A DNA stretch of 32,000 nt from Parasynechococcus marenigrum WH 8102 (GCF_000195975.1 NC_005070.1:660001-692000), one strand, 5' to 3'. Counted from the first letter of the stretch, positions 10,000 to 19,306 are shown. Notes: a model not told the origin generated them from the sequence alone. Translations and numbers: made by a program.

Positions 10000-10618
10000 G
10001 CAGACGGTTCAGGCGCTCCTGCTCAGCGTTGGTCACCGACCGCCAACGCCCTGCCGGTAGATCGTTCAGATCTAACGCTTTCCCGCCGTCCATCAGGTCG
10101 ATCCGGCACCGAACGAGCCTCAGGGTTGGAAGCCCCACCGCGGCGGTCATCCGGCGCACCTGGCGGTTGCGCCCCTCCCGCAGGGACAGCTCAAGCCAAC
10201 TGGTGGGAATCGTGGCGCGTACCCGAATCGGAGGGTCCCGTTCTGGGAGCAACGGAATGTCCTCGCCCTGCAGCCAGCGCGCCCGTGCCGGCAGGGTCCG
10301 CTGGTGTTGGATCTCAATTCCCTCCCGCAGTTTCTGCAACTGCGGGTCGTCCGGGTGACCTTCCACCTGAACCCAATAGCTGCGCCAGTGCCCGCAACGC
10401 GGATCGGTCAGCCGTTGCTGCAGGCGACCCTGATCGCTCAGCAGCAGCAATCCCTCGCTGTCGGCATCCAGCCGACCTGCGGCGTAGACGCCAGGAACAT
10501 TGATGAATTCAGCCAGGCATCGCCAGCGACTTGCCGTTTCAGGGGTGAACTGACTGAGGACCCCGTAGGGCTTGTTGAACAGCAGGGTGGTCAACCGGCG
10601 TTTTCGCGAGCCCTCCAC
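9941..10618 (-). CDS. RsuA/RluE-family pseudouridine synthase
   Basis: LLFNKPYGVLSQF and the catalytic-Asp motif GRLDADSEGLLLLSD. The start is uncertain: GTG at 10618, TTG at 10594, or the ORF-track TTG at 10693. The non-conserved C-terminal tail overlaps the ArsM-like 3' end. Confidence 0.8.
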   Translation of the reverse strand: MEGSRKRRLTTLLFNKPYGVLSQFTPETASRWRCLAEFINVPGVYAAGRLDADSEGLLLLSDQGRLQQRLTDPRCGHWRSYWVQVEGHPDDPQLQKLREGIEIQHQRTLPARARWLQGEDIPLLPERDPPIRVRATIPTSWLELSLREGRNRQVRRMTAAVGLPTLRLVRCRIDLMDGGKALDLNDLPAGRWRSVTNAEQERLNRLLSSRVPRPRSAGRGADRRG

Positions 10619-10785
10619 AGGTTGACAACGCCAATGGAGATCAGCAGAAGTCCCAGGTCCATGGTGATCGGAGGCAGCAGCACGGCAGGACAAGCGTGAG
10701 CCGCGGAGCCTAGAAGCATTAGGGGCAGAAGCGTGCCCGAGGGCGCCCTTTTAGGATGATCTGACTACTGGAAAGACACCGGCGC

Positions 10786-11055
10786 ATGATCGAAACCTCG
10801 GGCGTGATCGAGAAGGAACAGGGAAACGGGTTCTATCTGGTCACCCTTGAGCAGCCAGCCGGTCACCAATGCCTGTGTCGGGCCGCAGGAAAACTCACCA
10901 AGTTCCGCATCAAGCTGCTTGCGGGTGACAAGGTGCTGGTGGAGATCAGTCCCTATGACCTGACCCGTGGTCGGATCACCTATCGGGAACGGAATGCTGG
11001 TGCCCCCGGTGGACGGCCGGGTGGCAACCGTCCAGGGGGACCGCGTCGTCGTTAG
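10786..11055 (+). CDS. Translation initiation factor IF-1-like S1/OB-fold protein with a Gly/Pro/Arg-rich C-terminal tail
   Basis: The IF-1 core is recognisable ([35 protein letters not shown] versus the canonical SGK.R.N.IRIL.GD.V.VE..PYDL.KGRI..R). It is divergent in the N-half and carries about 20 extra residues: [20 protein letters not shown]. Confidence 0.8.
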   Translation: MIETSGVIEKEQGNGFYLVTLEQPAGHQCLCRAAGKLTKFRIKLLAGDKVLVEISPYDLTRGRITYRERNAGAPGGRPGGNRPGGPRRR

Positions 11056-12425
11056 GCCGCCAGCGATTCAATCGCGGCCTTGAATTCGCTGCGTGGCTTG
11101 ACGCCGCGCCACTGCTTCACCATCTCCTTGTTGTGGAACAGCTGCACGGTCGGGGTTCCGCTGACACCGGCCTGTTCGGCAATGGCCTGATCCGCTTCGA
11201 TGTCGATCACCACAGCCTGGGCGTGGCCATCAAGCTCGTTGATCACACGCTGAAGCTGCGGCTTGAGCACATGGCACGGACCACAGGTCGGTGAGGTGTA
11301 AACCACGAGCAGCGGCTTGTCACTGTCGTGATAGAGCTTGCGAAGCGCGAAGCTGCCCTTTTGCCACAGCCCCTGGGGGTCGTAGCTCTCCTCGGTGGTC
11401 ACGGCCACATTCACCGGTTGTTCCGCTTTGGCCGGGTCCACGGATGCCCTGGGAACGCGGGTCGCCAGGTTGTGGTGGGTGAGCCAGCGCTCCGCAGCCA
11501 GAGCCGCCTTGCAGCCGCTGCCGGCGGCGGTGATGCCTTGCCTCCATTCGGCGTCGGCGACGTCACCTGCTGAAAAGACGCCGTCCACTGAGGTTTCCGG
11601 GCGTCCTGAGGCTGTCAACAGGTACCCCTTCCCATCCAGATCGATCTGGTCTTTCAGCAGATCGGTGTTGGGGGTGTGTCCAATGGCATAAAACAGGCCT
11701 CGCACCGCAAGAGCTCGGGTCTCGCTGGTGACTCGGTCCCGCAGGGTGAGGGACTCCATCCACGTCCCCCCGGCTACATCCTCGATCTCACTGTTCCAGT
11801 GCACCGTGATGGCTGGGTTGGCCATCACGCGATCGGCCATGGCAGCGCTGGCTCGGAATTGGTCGGAGCGCACGATCAGATGAACATGGCTGCCGTACTT
11901 GGTGAGATAAACAGCTTCTTCGCAGGCGGAATCACCGCCACCAACCACGGCAAGTTCTTCATTGCGGAACTGTGGAGTGGCCCCATCGCAGATCGCGCAG
12001 GCGCTGATGCCACTGCTCCAGTAGCGATCCTCTGAGGGCAGGCCAAGCCGGTTAGCGCTGGCTCCTGTGGCAATCACGACAGCATGGGCCTGGATCGTCT
12101 GTCCCTCCGCTTCGATGCGGAAGGGACGCTGGCTCAGGTCAATCCGGTCTGCATCCGCCTCGATCAGATGGGTGCCCCAGCGCACGGCCTGGGCTTTCAT
12201 CAGATCCATCAGATCAGGGCCCAGGATTCCATCGGGGAAACCTGGAAAATTCTCAACGTGGGTGGTGGTCATCAACTGGCCACCTGGGATGCCTCCTCGC
12301 TGGAACCCGGTGATCAGAAGGGGCTGCAGGTTCGCCCGTGCGGCGTAGATGGCTGCTGTGTAACCAGCGGGACCTGACCCAAGAATGACGATGTTTTCAA
12401 TGTGCCCGGAAGCATCAACGGACAT
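11052..12425 (-). CDS. ntrC: NADPH-dependent thioredoxin reductase C (TrxR-thioredoxin fusion)
   Basis: FAD site [17 protein letters not shown], redox CAICDG, NADPH site [12 protein letters not shown], and a C-terminal thioredoxin module with TCGPCH. 457 aa. Confidence 0.9.
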   Translation of the reverse strand: MSVDASGHIENIVILGSGPAGYTAAIYAARANLQPLLITGFQRGGIPGGQLMTTTHVENFPGFPDGILGPDLMDLMKAQAVRWGTHLIEADADRIDLSQRPFRIEAEGQTIQAHAVVIATGASANRLGLPSEDRYWSSGISACAICDGATPQFRNEELAVVGGGDSACEEAVYLTKYGSHVHLIVRSDQFRASAAMADRVMANPAITVHWNSEIEDVAGGTWMESLTLRDRVTSETRALAVRGLFYAIGHTPNTDLLKDQIDLDGKGYLLTASGRPETSVDGVFSAGDVADAEWRQGITAAGSGCKAALAAERWLTHHNLATRVPRASVDPAKAEQPVNVAVTTEESYDPQGLWQKGSFALRKLYHDSDKPLLVVYTSPTCGPCHVLKPQLQRVINELDGHAQAVVIDIEADQAIAEQAGVSGTPTVQLFHNKEMVKQWRGVKPRSEFKAAIESLAA

Positions 12426-12549
12426 TCGCTAAGGCGGAATGACTATGAGTTGAGTCTACGGAAGGCTGAGTGCAACTCGGGGGCTGAACTGGACAGCAGG
12501 TTCAAAAGCGCCCAATACAAACATTAATAACGGTAATTTAATGAATTCT

Positions 12550-12798
12550 TTAGATTTCAAGTCGATGATCGCTTGACAGTTCGTCGCGCATCATTCCGCG
12601 TTTGCTTGGATTGCGGGGAACGGCCAGAACATTGGCTTCAAGCATGGCTTCGTCTTCGCCCATGCAGGTGATCCATTCACGGAATTCTTCCGTTACCGCA
12701 TAACTGTCTTCATAACGCTCATCCTTGTCCAGCACAGCGATCCGGGTTGAGGCCCAACATGTCGCAACGCTGACTCGACGTTCCATTGCAGCGTCCAT
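12550..12798 (-). CDS. Hypothetical 82-aa acidic protein
   Basis: ATG ORF in a stretch of locally lower GC between ntrC and the helicase, on the same strand as both. No recognisable domain. Confidence 0.45.
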   Translation of the reverse strand: MDAAMERRVSVATCWASTRIAVLDKDERYEDSYAVTEEFREWITCMGEDEAMLEANVLAVPRNPSKRGMMRDELSSDHRLEI

Positions 12799-12894
12799 GG
12801 TTGCCCCCTAACGAAGAACAGAATGAAGGATCAAGGTCCCCGTTCGGGGCTTGATTTCGCAGAAGTTCGCATTTTTCTCTGCAGAAAGATGTCG

Positions 12895-14349
12895 TCAACG
12901 CTGCAAAAAAGACGGCAGTTGCGGCGTTTTCAGGCGGATCATGGCTCCTGCTCCGTCGTTGACCGCCTCCAGCGGCAGGCTGGGACCTCGTCCATGACCA
13001 GGGAAACCGCTCAGGGGGGCCTGGTCGCTGTCCTGCGAGGTCAGTACGTAGGGCTCGGCGACGGACCAGGAGCGGGCATAGCCCATCAGCAAAGGATCCG
13101 CAGGGGCCACCACATACGAAGGGTTGCGGGGAATCGGCTCCTGTTCCGCCAGCTCAGGAGTCATGCGCACGGCTCGGGTGATGCCCTGCAGGAAGCGGCT
13201 GCGGGTGACCACCGTCGTCAGATAGGCCACCACCCTGAGGCGGGGGGCATCAAATCCCTCAGCGCACATGTCGATGCTCACCAGCCAATCCGCTGCACCG
13301 GCCTGGAAGCCATCAAGCCGCGCCGCGGCCTCTGGGTCCTGGGAATGGACCAGGTCCACCCTGTCGCCATCGTCCTCCAGCAGGGTGGCGATGGCTGAGG
13401 CGTGTTCGATGTCGCGGGCGATCACCAGTCCAGCGGCATTCGGCTGCTGCTGTCGAACCCTGGCGAGTCGTCGCTGGGCCTGAAGAATCACCTGCTGACC
13501 GATGCAGCTGCTGTCGGCCAGTCGGATGGCGCGACGCAGATTGCGGGCGCGCCAGCTCTCGCGCTGCTCCTGGGAGAGCGGGGACACATCGCGATCAGGA
13601 CGGGCCTCCTGGCTGTGCTCCACCCAGCCGTCCTGAAAGTGGAATTCCAGAGGGCGCACATCTCCCGCGGCGATCAGTTCCCGCGGTTCCACGCAGAGAT
13701 CAGGCTGAATCTGTTCCACCAGTTCGCCGTTCTGGATTGTTCGAATGCGGCGCGCGGCGCAGAAGCCGAGGTTGTCAGCGCGGAACGGTGTCCCCGTCAA
13801 CCCCAGTCGCAGTCGACACTGTGATGTCTGTTCCTCAAAGGTCTGGCTCCAGGCCGCTGCTCCGGGCTCCTCGGGATCCAAACCGAGGTGGTGGGCTTCA
13901 TCGGCGATGGCAATCAGGGTTGATGCGGGCCAGGGGTCGAGCGCTGTCGCAAGCTGCTGGGGCTGTCGACTAGCGGATTGATAGGTGAGCAGCAGACCAT
14001 CCGCTTGGCTCAGCGTCTTCTGCTCGCAAGGCCAGCTGACCAGCTCCAGGCCCACCCGTGCGGCGGACCGTTGCCATTGCTCCAGGATCGACGTGCGGTG
14101 GCAGAACACCAGGAAGTGCTGCAGCAGTTGTTCCTGACGCATGCTGCGAAAGGCCAGCAGCGCGCCAAGGGTCTTGCCGGCACCCGGTCCGGCGGAAACA
14201 AGGACGTCCTTTTCACCGGTCGCTTTACCATCCAGACGACGACGCAACAGTTGAATTAGCTGGGTTTGCCACTGCCTGGGTTGGATCGCGGACACGGATC
14301 CAGACGACCCAACGTCAAAGCTGTAAGGAGAGATGGTGTGCAGGGGCAA
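12895..14349 (-). CDS. Superfamily-2 DEAD/DEAH-box (ResIII-like) helicase
   Basis: Q-motif-like PRQWQ, Walker A AGPGAGKT, Walker B DEAHH, motif III TGTP, motif VI-like QGITRAVR. The start is uncertain: TTG at 14349 or GTG at 14295. Confidence 0.8.
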   Translation of the reverse strand: MPLHTISPYSFDVGSSGSVSAIQPRQWQTQLIQLLRRRLDGKATGEKDVLVSAGPGAGKTLGALLAFRSMRQEQLLQHFLVFCHRTSILEQWQRSAARVGLELVSWPCEQKTLSQADGLLLTYQSASRQPQQLATALDPWPASTLIAIADEAHHLGLDPEEPGAAAWSQTFEEQTSQCRLRLGLTGTPFRADNLGFCAARRIRTIQNGELVEQIQPDLCVEPRELIAAGDVRPLEFHFQDGWVEHSQEARPDRDVSPLSQEQRESWRARNLRRAIRLADSSCIGQQVILQAQRRLARVRQQQPNAAGLVIARDIEHASAIATLLEDDGDRVDLVHSQDPEAAARLDGFQAGAADWLVSIDMCAEGFDAPRLRVVAYLTTVVTRSRFLQGITRAVRMTPELAEQEPIPRNPSYVVAPADPLLMGYARSWSVAEPYVLTSQDSDQAPLSGFPGHGRGPSLPLEAVNDGAGAMIRLKTPQLPSFLQR

Positions 14350-14439
14350 AGATGAGTCTTTTTAACCATTTCGAACCACGTCGGCATCTCTAGCTTCCGG
14401 CCATCAGCGTCTGTTCCGGATCACCAGCCGTCTCCTGTT

Positions 14440-14616
14440 ATGGCCAAGGGCCGCCAATCACCTGAATCTCTCGAGCAGCTGCGCCGGCAGCTCGATCAGT
14501 GTTGGCAGGACGAATGTGACATCGACCATCTGATCCTGCGGGCCCGTCAGTTGCGTCGTTGGGGACGCTGGCGGCAGGCCCGCTGTCTGGAACAGGAAGT
14601 GTTGCCGATCGTCTGA
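14440..14616 (+). CDS. Hypothetical 58-aa Arg/Cys-rich protein (speculative)
   Basis: ATG ORF below the ORF-track cutoff: MAKGRQSPESLEQLRRQLDQCWQDECDIDHLILRARQLRRWGRWRQARCLEQEVLPIV. Its GC3-rich codons resemble neighbouring genes, and it fills an otherwise empty 270-nt gap. Confidence 0.3.
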   Translation: MAKGRQSPESLEQLRRQLDQCWQDECDIDHLILRARQLRRWGRWRQARCLEQEVLPIV

Positions 14617-14618
14617 AC

Positions 14619-15197
14619 TCAGAGCGCTTCGGCGTGGTTAATCACTAGACGTTCCACTTCCATCAGGGCGTCTTCAGCAGCGGTGCGCGCCGCATCGAAA
14701 TTCCCCTTGGCGGATTCGAGCAGTTGCTGGGCTAGGCGATCCAGCAGTTCCTGGCGCTTCTCATCAAGCATCGCCACGATTTCCGTTTCCACCAGGGTGC
14801 GCACGGCTTGGCTGCGCAGGTCATCTTCAGTGGCTTCAGCGAAGGTGCCCTGCACCAGTTCCTGGATGAACAGACGGTGCACTTCACTGCTGCGCAGGAA
14901 GCTTTCGGTCGCATTGATGATGCCGTCCACCAGGGTGCGATCCGGTTCCGACTCGCGCTCGTTGAGCTTGAACTCCCAGTCGAGATGTCGACGCTGCCAT
15001 CCCGCTGCGTGCAGGCTCGGCATCACGCTTTGGGAGAAACTATCCACGGAGATCTCATAGATCCGCTCCGCCAGCCGCTCGCACCAGTCGCGTCCGTGTT
15101 CCTCAAGGGTGGATTGCATGGTCCGACGTTCCACGGAATGACCGCCGTGATGGCTGTGGCAGACGCCGTCGGGACACTCGATTGCGCTGAGACCCAT
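14619..15197 (-). CDS. Hypothetical protein with an N-terminal Cys/His cluster and a helical acidic body
   Basis: I place the start at the ATG at 15197 (MGLSAIECPDGVCHSHHGGH...); the ORF-track start at 15215 is a TTG. An alternative ATG lies at 15119. No recognisable family. Confidence 0.6.
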   Translation of the reverse strand: MGLSAIECPDGVCHSHHGGHSVERRTMQSTLEEHGRDWCERLAERIYEISVDSFSQSVMPSLHAAGWQRRHLDWEFKLNERESEPDRTLVDGIINATESFLRSSEVHRLFIQELVQGTFAEATEDDLRSQAVRTLVETEIVAMLDEKRQELLDRLAQQLLESAKGNFDAARTAAEDALMEVERLVINHAEAL

Positions 15198-15307
15198 GGG
15201 GAACACAAGATTCAACTCTCCAATAGCCAGGGTTTTTCAGCCACCCCTGCATTCTTCAGAAAAGTTCCGGGTCATCAGGAGGCGACCTTCTAATCTCAGG
15301 CCGGTCG

Positions 15308-16462
15308 GTGGTTGTCTTCGTCTTGCCCAGACTTCTAATACCGGTGGAGTCGACACCGGGAGAAACCCGAGTCGCGGCGACGCCCGATACGGTGAAGAAA
15401 TTCCTGTCATTCGGCTGTGATGTTTCCGTCGAGCGCGGAGCCGGTACGACGTCGGGATACCTCGACCAGGCCTATGCCGATCAAGGTGCCCAGTTGATCG
15501 ACCCCGGTGATGCAGCGGGGTGGTCCCAGGCCGACATCTTCCTTTGCGTGCAACCACCCTCCGCGGCCAGTCTGGCTCGTCTCCGGCAGGGCGCCCTGGT
15601 GGTGGGTTTGCTCTCTCCGTATGCCAATGAAGAGTTGACCGCGAGCCTCAAGCGCGGTGCTCTCTCGGCCATGGCTCTTGAGCTGCTGCCTCGCATCAGC
15701 CGCGCTCAGTCAGCGGATGCCCTGTCGTCTCAGGCCAACATCGCCGGGTACAAGTCGGTGCTGCTGGCCTCGGCTGCTCTCGACCGCTACTTCCCGATGC
15801 TGATGACGGCGGCTGGCACCGTTCAGCCCGCCAAGGTGGTCATCCTGGGGGCCGGGGTGGCTGGCCTGCAGGCCGTGGCCACAGCACGACGGCTGGGCGC
15901 TGTTGTTTACGTGAGCGATATCCGCCCAGCTGTGAAGGAGCAGGTGGAATCCCTCGGTGCACGGTTTATTGAGCCACCGAAACTCGAGGACAAACCTGCG
16001 GAATCAGGCGGTTACGCCAAGCAGGCCTCCGATGCCTTCCTGGCAGCGCAGCGCCAGCAGCTGTCCGATCAGCTCGCTGAAGCGGATGTGGCGATCTGCA
16101 CGGCCCAGGTCCCCGGTCGCCGTGCTCCACGTTTGATCAGTGAGGACATGCTCGACCGCATGCGTCCCGGTGCGGTGGTGGTGGATCTGGCGGTGGCCCA
16201 GGGGGGCAACTGCGCTGACACTGTTCCAGGGCAGACCGTCGATCGCAACGGCGTGAAGTTGATCGGTGGCAACGACCTTCCCTGCACCGTGCCGAACCAC
16301 GCCAGCGCTCTTTACGCGCGCAACCTGGTGGCACTGCTGGAGCCCACCCTTAAAGATGGAGACCTCAAACTCGACCTCGAGGATGAGTTGATTGCCGGTT
16401 GTTTGGTTGCCCAAGACGGCAACATCCTTCGCGGCGATGTCCTGACCCCTGGAGCCAGCTGA
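15308..16462 (+). CDS. pntA: NAD(P) transhydrogenase subunit alpha, part 1 (dI)
   Basis: PVESTPGETRVAATP N-terminus and Rossmann VVILGAGVAGLQAVATARRLGA. The ORF-track start is a GTG at 15308. The TTG at 15323 (MPRLLIPVES...) is an equally good start. Confidence 0.9.
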   Translation: MVVFVLPRLLIPVESTPGETRVAATPDTVKKFLSFGCDVSVERGAGTTSGYLDQAYADQGAQLIDPGDAAGWSQADIFLCVQPPSAASLARLRQGALVVGLLSPYANEELTASLKRGALSAMALELLPRISRAQSADALSSQANIAGYKSVLLASAALDRYFPMLMTAAGTVQPAKVVILGAGVAGLQAVATARRLGAVVYVSDIRPAVKEQVESLGARFIEPPKLEDKPAESGGYAKQASDAFLAAQRQQLSDQLAEADVAICTAQVPGRRAPRLISEDMLDRMRPGAVVVDLAVAQGGNCADTVPGQTVDRNGVKLIGGNDLPCTVPNHASALYARNLVALLEPTLKDGDLKLDLEDELIAGCLVAQDGNILRGDVLTPGAS

Positions 16463-16758
16463 TGTTCGTTGAATTCCTCTGGGTGCTGCTGCTCGGCAGC
16501 CTTCTCGGCCTTGAGCTCATCGGCAAGGTGCCTCCCACCCTGCACACCCCGTTAATGAGCGGTGCCAATGCCATTTCCGGTATCACGGTGCTGGCAGCCC
16601 TCACCTTGATCATCAAAGCGGGGGACAACTCGGTGCTGCTCGCGCTGGGTGCCGTGTCCCTGGGGTTCGCTCTGTTCAATGTGATCGGTGGCTTTCTGGT
16701 CACCGACCGGATGCTGGCCATGTTCAGCCGTAAGCCCGCCCGTAAGGAGAACCGCTGA
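16462..16758 (+). CDS. pntA: NAD(P) transhydrogenase subunit alpha, part 2 (membrane dII segment)
   Basis: 98-aa three-TM protein containing HTPLMSGANAISGI. Its ATG overlaps the pntA stop in a TGATG junction at 16460-16464. Confidence 0.9.
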   Translation: MFVEFLWVLLLGSLLGLELIGKVPPTLHTPLMSGANAISGITVLAALTLIIKAGDNSVLLALGAVSLGFALFNVIGGFLVTDRMLAMFSRKPARKENR

Positions 16759-18182
16759 TGTCCGCTTCGCTCATCCTGAAATACGCGATCGAACTGGTTG
16801 CGGTTCTGTTGCTGGCCCTTGGTATCAAAGGTCTCTCCAAGGTGCGCTCGGCCCGTGGTGCCAATCAGCTGGCCGCCGTGGCCATGGCCCTGGCGGTGCT
16901 CGGTTTGCTGATCAATTACGCCGGCGATGGTGGTATCGCTGCGACGGCCTGGATCTGGATCATTGCTGGCACCCTCGCCGGCGGAATCCTCGGTGCCATC
17001 ACAGCGCAACGGGTCCCGATGACCTCCATGCCGGAGACCGTCGCTCTGTTCAATGGCTGCGGCGGCATGTCCTCGCTGCTGGTGGCCCTCGGCGTGGCGC
17101 TGTTCCCTGAGGCCGGTGGTTCGGATCTTGTGGCGGTGGTGTCGATTGTCGTGTCGGTGTTCGTGGGTGCGATCACCTTCACCGGCTCGATCGTGGCAAT
17201 GGCCAAGCTCCAGGGCTGGTTGTCCACACCCGCCTGGATGCAGAGCCGGCTGCGCCATGCCGTGAATATCGCCCTGGCGGTGCTGTCTCTCGTGGCAGCA
17301 GTCAAGTTGATTGCATCCGGTGAGGGTGCTCAAGGTCTGTGGTTGCTGGTGATCGGATCCGGTCTGCTCGGCATCGGCGTCACGCTGCCGATCGGTGGGG
17401 CCGATATGCCGGTGGTGATTTCACTGCTGAACAGTTATTCCGGGGTGGCAGCGGCGGCGGCGGGCTTCGTAGTGGGCAGCCAACTGCTGATCGTGGCGGG
17501 AGCCATGGTTGGAGCAGCCGGCTTGATCCTCACCCAGGTGATGTGTGACGGAATGAACCGTTCACTGGTGTCCGTTCTGTTTGGCGGTGCCCTTGGAGCG
17601 ACATCCGGAGGCGGTGGTGGCGGTGGTGAGTACACCAACATCACCAGCTGCAGTGCTGAGGAATGTGCGCTCACCCTTGAGGCGGCGGAGCGGGTCATCA
17701 TTGTTCCGGGCTACGGCCTGGCAGTCGCCCAGGCCCAGCACACCCTGCGGGAGGTGACTCGGGTGCTGGAAAGCGCTGGGATCGATGTGGCCTACGCCAT
17801 TCACCCTGTGGCTGGCCGGATGCCAGGACACATGAACGTGCTGCTGGCGGAGGCCGATGTGCCCTATGAGCAGCTCAAGGAAATGGATCAGATCAATCCT
17901 GAGTTCCCCGCCACCGATGTGGTGCTGGTGCTGGGAGCCAACGATGTGGTCAACCCCCAGGCCAAGAACGATTCCAGTTCCCCGCTCTATGGCATGCCTG
18001 TGCTCGATGTTCAGGAGGCTCGTACCGTGTTTGTGGTGAAGCGCGGCATGAGTGCTGGCTACTCCGGCATCAAGAACGACCTGTTTGAGCTGGCGAACAC
18101 GTCGATGGTGTTTGGTGATGCCAAGAAGGTGCTTGGCGATCTGCTGACGGAACTCAAGGATCTCGGACTGGGCAAGAAGTGA
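16758..18182 (+). CDS. pntB: NAD(P) transhydrogenase subunit beta
   Basis: Multi-TM N-half and a dIII NADP(H) domain (IIVPGYGLAVAQAQH, HPVAGRMPGHMNVLLAEA, VLVLGANDVVNP). A TGATG junction with the preceding gene lies at 16756-16760. Confidence 0.95.
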   Translation: MSASLILKYAIELVAVLLLALGIKGLSKVRSARGANQLAAVAMALAVLGLLINYAGDGGIAATAWIWIIAGTLAGGILGAITAQRVPMTSMPETVALFNGCGGMSSLLVALGVALFPEAGGSDLVAVVSIVVSVFVGAITFTGSIVAMAKLQGWLSTPAWMQSRLRHAVNIALAVLSLVAAVKLIASGEGAQGLWLLVIGSGLLGIGVTLPIGGADMPVVISLLNSYSGVAAAAAGFVVGSQLLIVAGAMVGAAGLILTQVMCDGMNRSLVSVLFGGALGATSGGGGGGGEYTNITSCSAEECALTLEAAERVIIVPGYGLAVAQAQHTLREVTRVLESAGIDVAYAIHPVAGRMPGHMNVLLAEADVPYEQLKEMDQINPEFPATDVVLVLGANDVVNPQAKNDSSSPLYGMPVLDVQEARTVFVVKRGMSAGYSGIKNDLFELANTSMVFGDAKKVLGDLLTELKDLGLGKK

Positions 18183-19306
18183 TTCCACTGGGCGCTGACA
18201 ACCCCCAGCTGCTTCAGCAGCTGGGGGTTGAGTTGTTTCAGCAGCGTCTTCCCTGGATCGGTGGCGACCTGCAGACCTTGCGGGACACGCTCAGGCCGGT
18301 GGGCTTGCCGGTTGATCAGGGGGAGCCCGTTCGAATTCCAGTTCCGGCCCTGGCGAGTGGTGCCGCCAAACCGGGTGAGCTGATGGCCTACCTGGATCGT
18401 CCTCGCTTGAGCGTTGATGCTGCCGCAGCACAAGCGCCAAAAGCGTTGGTGGTGGTGTTGCACGGTCTGGGGGGCTCCAGCCGCCGGGAAGGTTTGCGCC
18501 GGTTGACCCTCAGCCTGCAAGGGGCCGGATTTGCTGTGTTGCGATTGAATCTGCGCGGCGCTGACCCTGGCCGGCACTTGGCCGGTGGCACCTACGCCGC
18601 TGCCTGCAACAGCGATCTGTTGCCTGTGCTCAAGCGGGCTCGCCAAATTGCCGCGACGTTGGCGCTTGAGGTTGGTCTGCCTCAGCCGTTGCCTCTCCTG
18701 GGTGCCGGGATCTCTCTGGGGGGAACGATGTTGCTGAATGCCTGTCTGGATCAAAGCGGCGCTCTGGATGCGCTGTTTTGTGCCAGCAGTCCCCTGGACC
18801 TGGCCGCCTGCAGTGCATCGATCGAACGGCCGCGCAATCGGATTTACCAACGCTGGCTCCTGCAGCGACTGGTTCGTCAGACCCTTGCTGATCCCTTCGG
18901 CGTGACCCCGGCTGAGGAACAACAGCTTCAGGATCATCCACCACGGTCGATTCGTGCCTTTGATGCAGCGGTCACAGCGCCACGCTGGGGCTTTGCATCG
19001 GTGGTAGAATATTATGAGAGTGCGTCACCTCTGCCGCGTTTGCTGTCGTCGTGGCAGGTCTTACCGCCGACGTTGTTGCTGCAAGCCCTTGATGATCCCT
19101 GGGTCCCAGCGACGTCAGCTGTACAGCTGCAATCGTCGATGGCTGAACATCATTCCTCTGGCTCAGATCAACATCTGAAGACTGTGCTGACAGCCCGTGG
19201 AGGTCACAATGGTTTTCATGGCCCGGGTGACACGCTCAGCAACGGTTGCTGGTCTGACCGATTGGCATGTGCCTGGTTCAACAATGTCCGAACCAGGCAA
19301 TCTTGA
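18179..19306 (+). CDS. Alpha/beta hydrolase, YheT/ABHD-like
   Basis: N-terminal PWIGGDLQTL motif typical of the YheT family, VVVLHGLGGSS, and nucleophile elbow GISLGG. The GTG start overlaps the pntB stop (GTGA). Confidence 0.75.
   Translation: MIPLGADNPQLLQQLGVELFQQRLPWIGGDLQTLRDTLRPVGLPVDQGEPVRIPVPALASGAAKPGELMAYLDRPRLSVDAAAAQAPKALVVVLHGLGGSSRREGLRRLTLSLQGAGFAVLRLNLRGADPGRHLAGGTYAAACNSDLLPVLKRARQIAATLALEVGLPQPLPLLGAGISLGGTMLLNACLDQSGALDALFCASSPLDLAACSASIERPRNRIYQRWLLQRLVRQTLADPFGVTPAEEQQLQDHPPRSIRAFDAAVTAPRWGFASVVEYYESASPLPRLLSSWQVLPPTLLLQALDDPWVPATSAVQLQSSMAEHHSSGSDQHLKTVLTARGGHNGFHGPGDTLSNGCWSDRLACAWFNNVRTRQS

Noticed and set aside
10730-10775. Small GC hairpins (GGGCA-N6-TGCCC; AGGGCGCCCT followed by TTTT) upstream of the IF-1-like gene, as a possible attenuator.
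   Set aside because: The stems are only 4-5 bp and the second has essentially no loop. No upstream + strand transcript is known that would need termination.
12838-12862. Hairpin TCAAG-GT-CCCC-GTTC-GGGG-C-TTGA downstream of the helicase, as an intrinsic terminator.
   Set aside because: The stem is bulged and the following minus-strand sequence is only weakly T-rich. It may function, but I cannot support a confident call.
17607-17627. GGN repeat run (GGAGGCGGTGGTGGCGGTGGT) that looks like a microsatellite.
   Set aside because: It encodes the poly-Gly linker (SGGGGGGE) between the membrane domain and dIII of PntB. It is in frame and of ordinary length.
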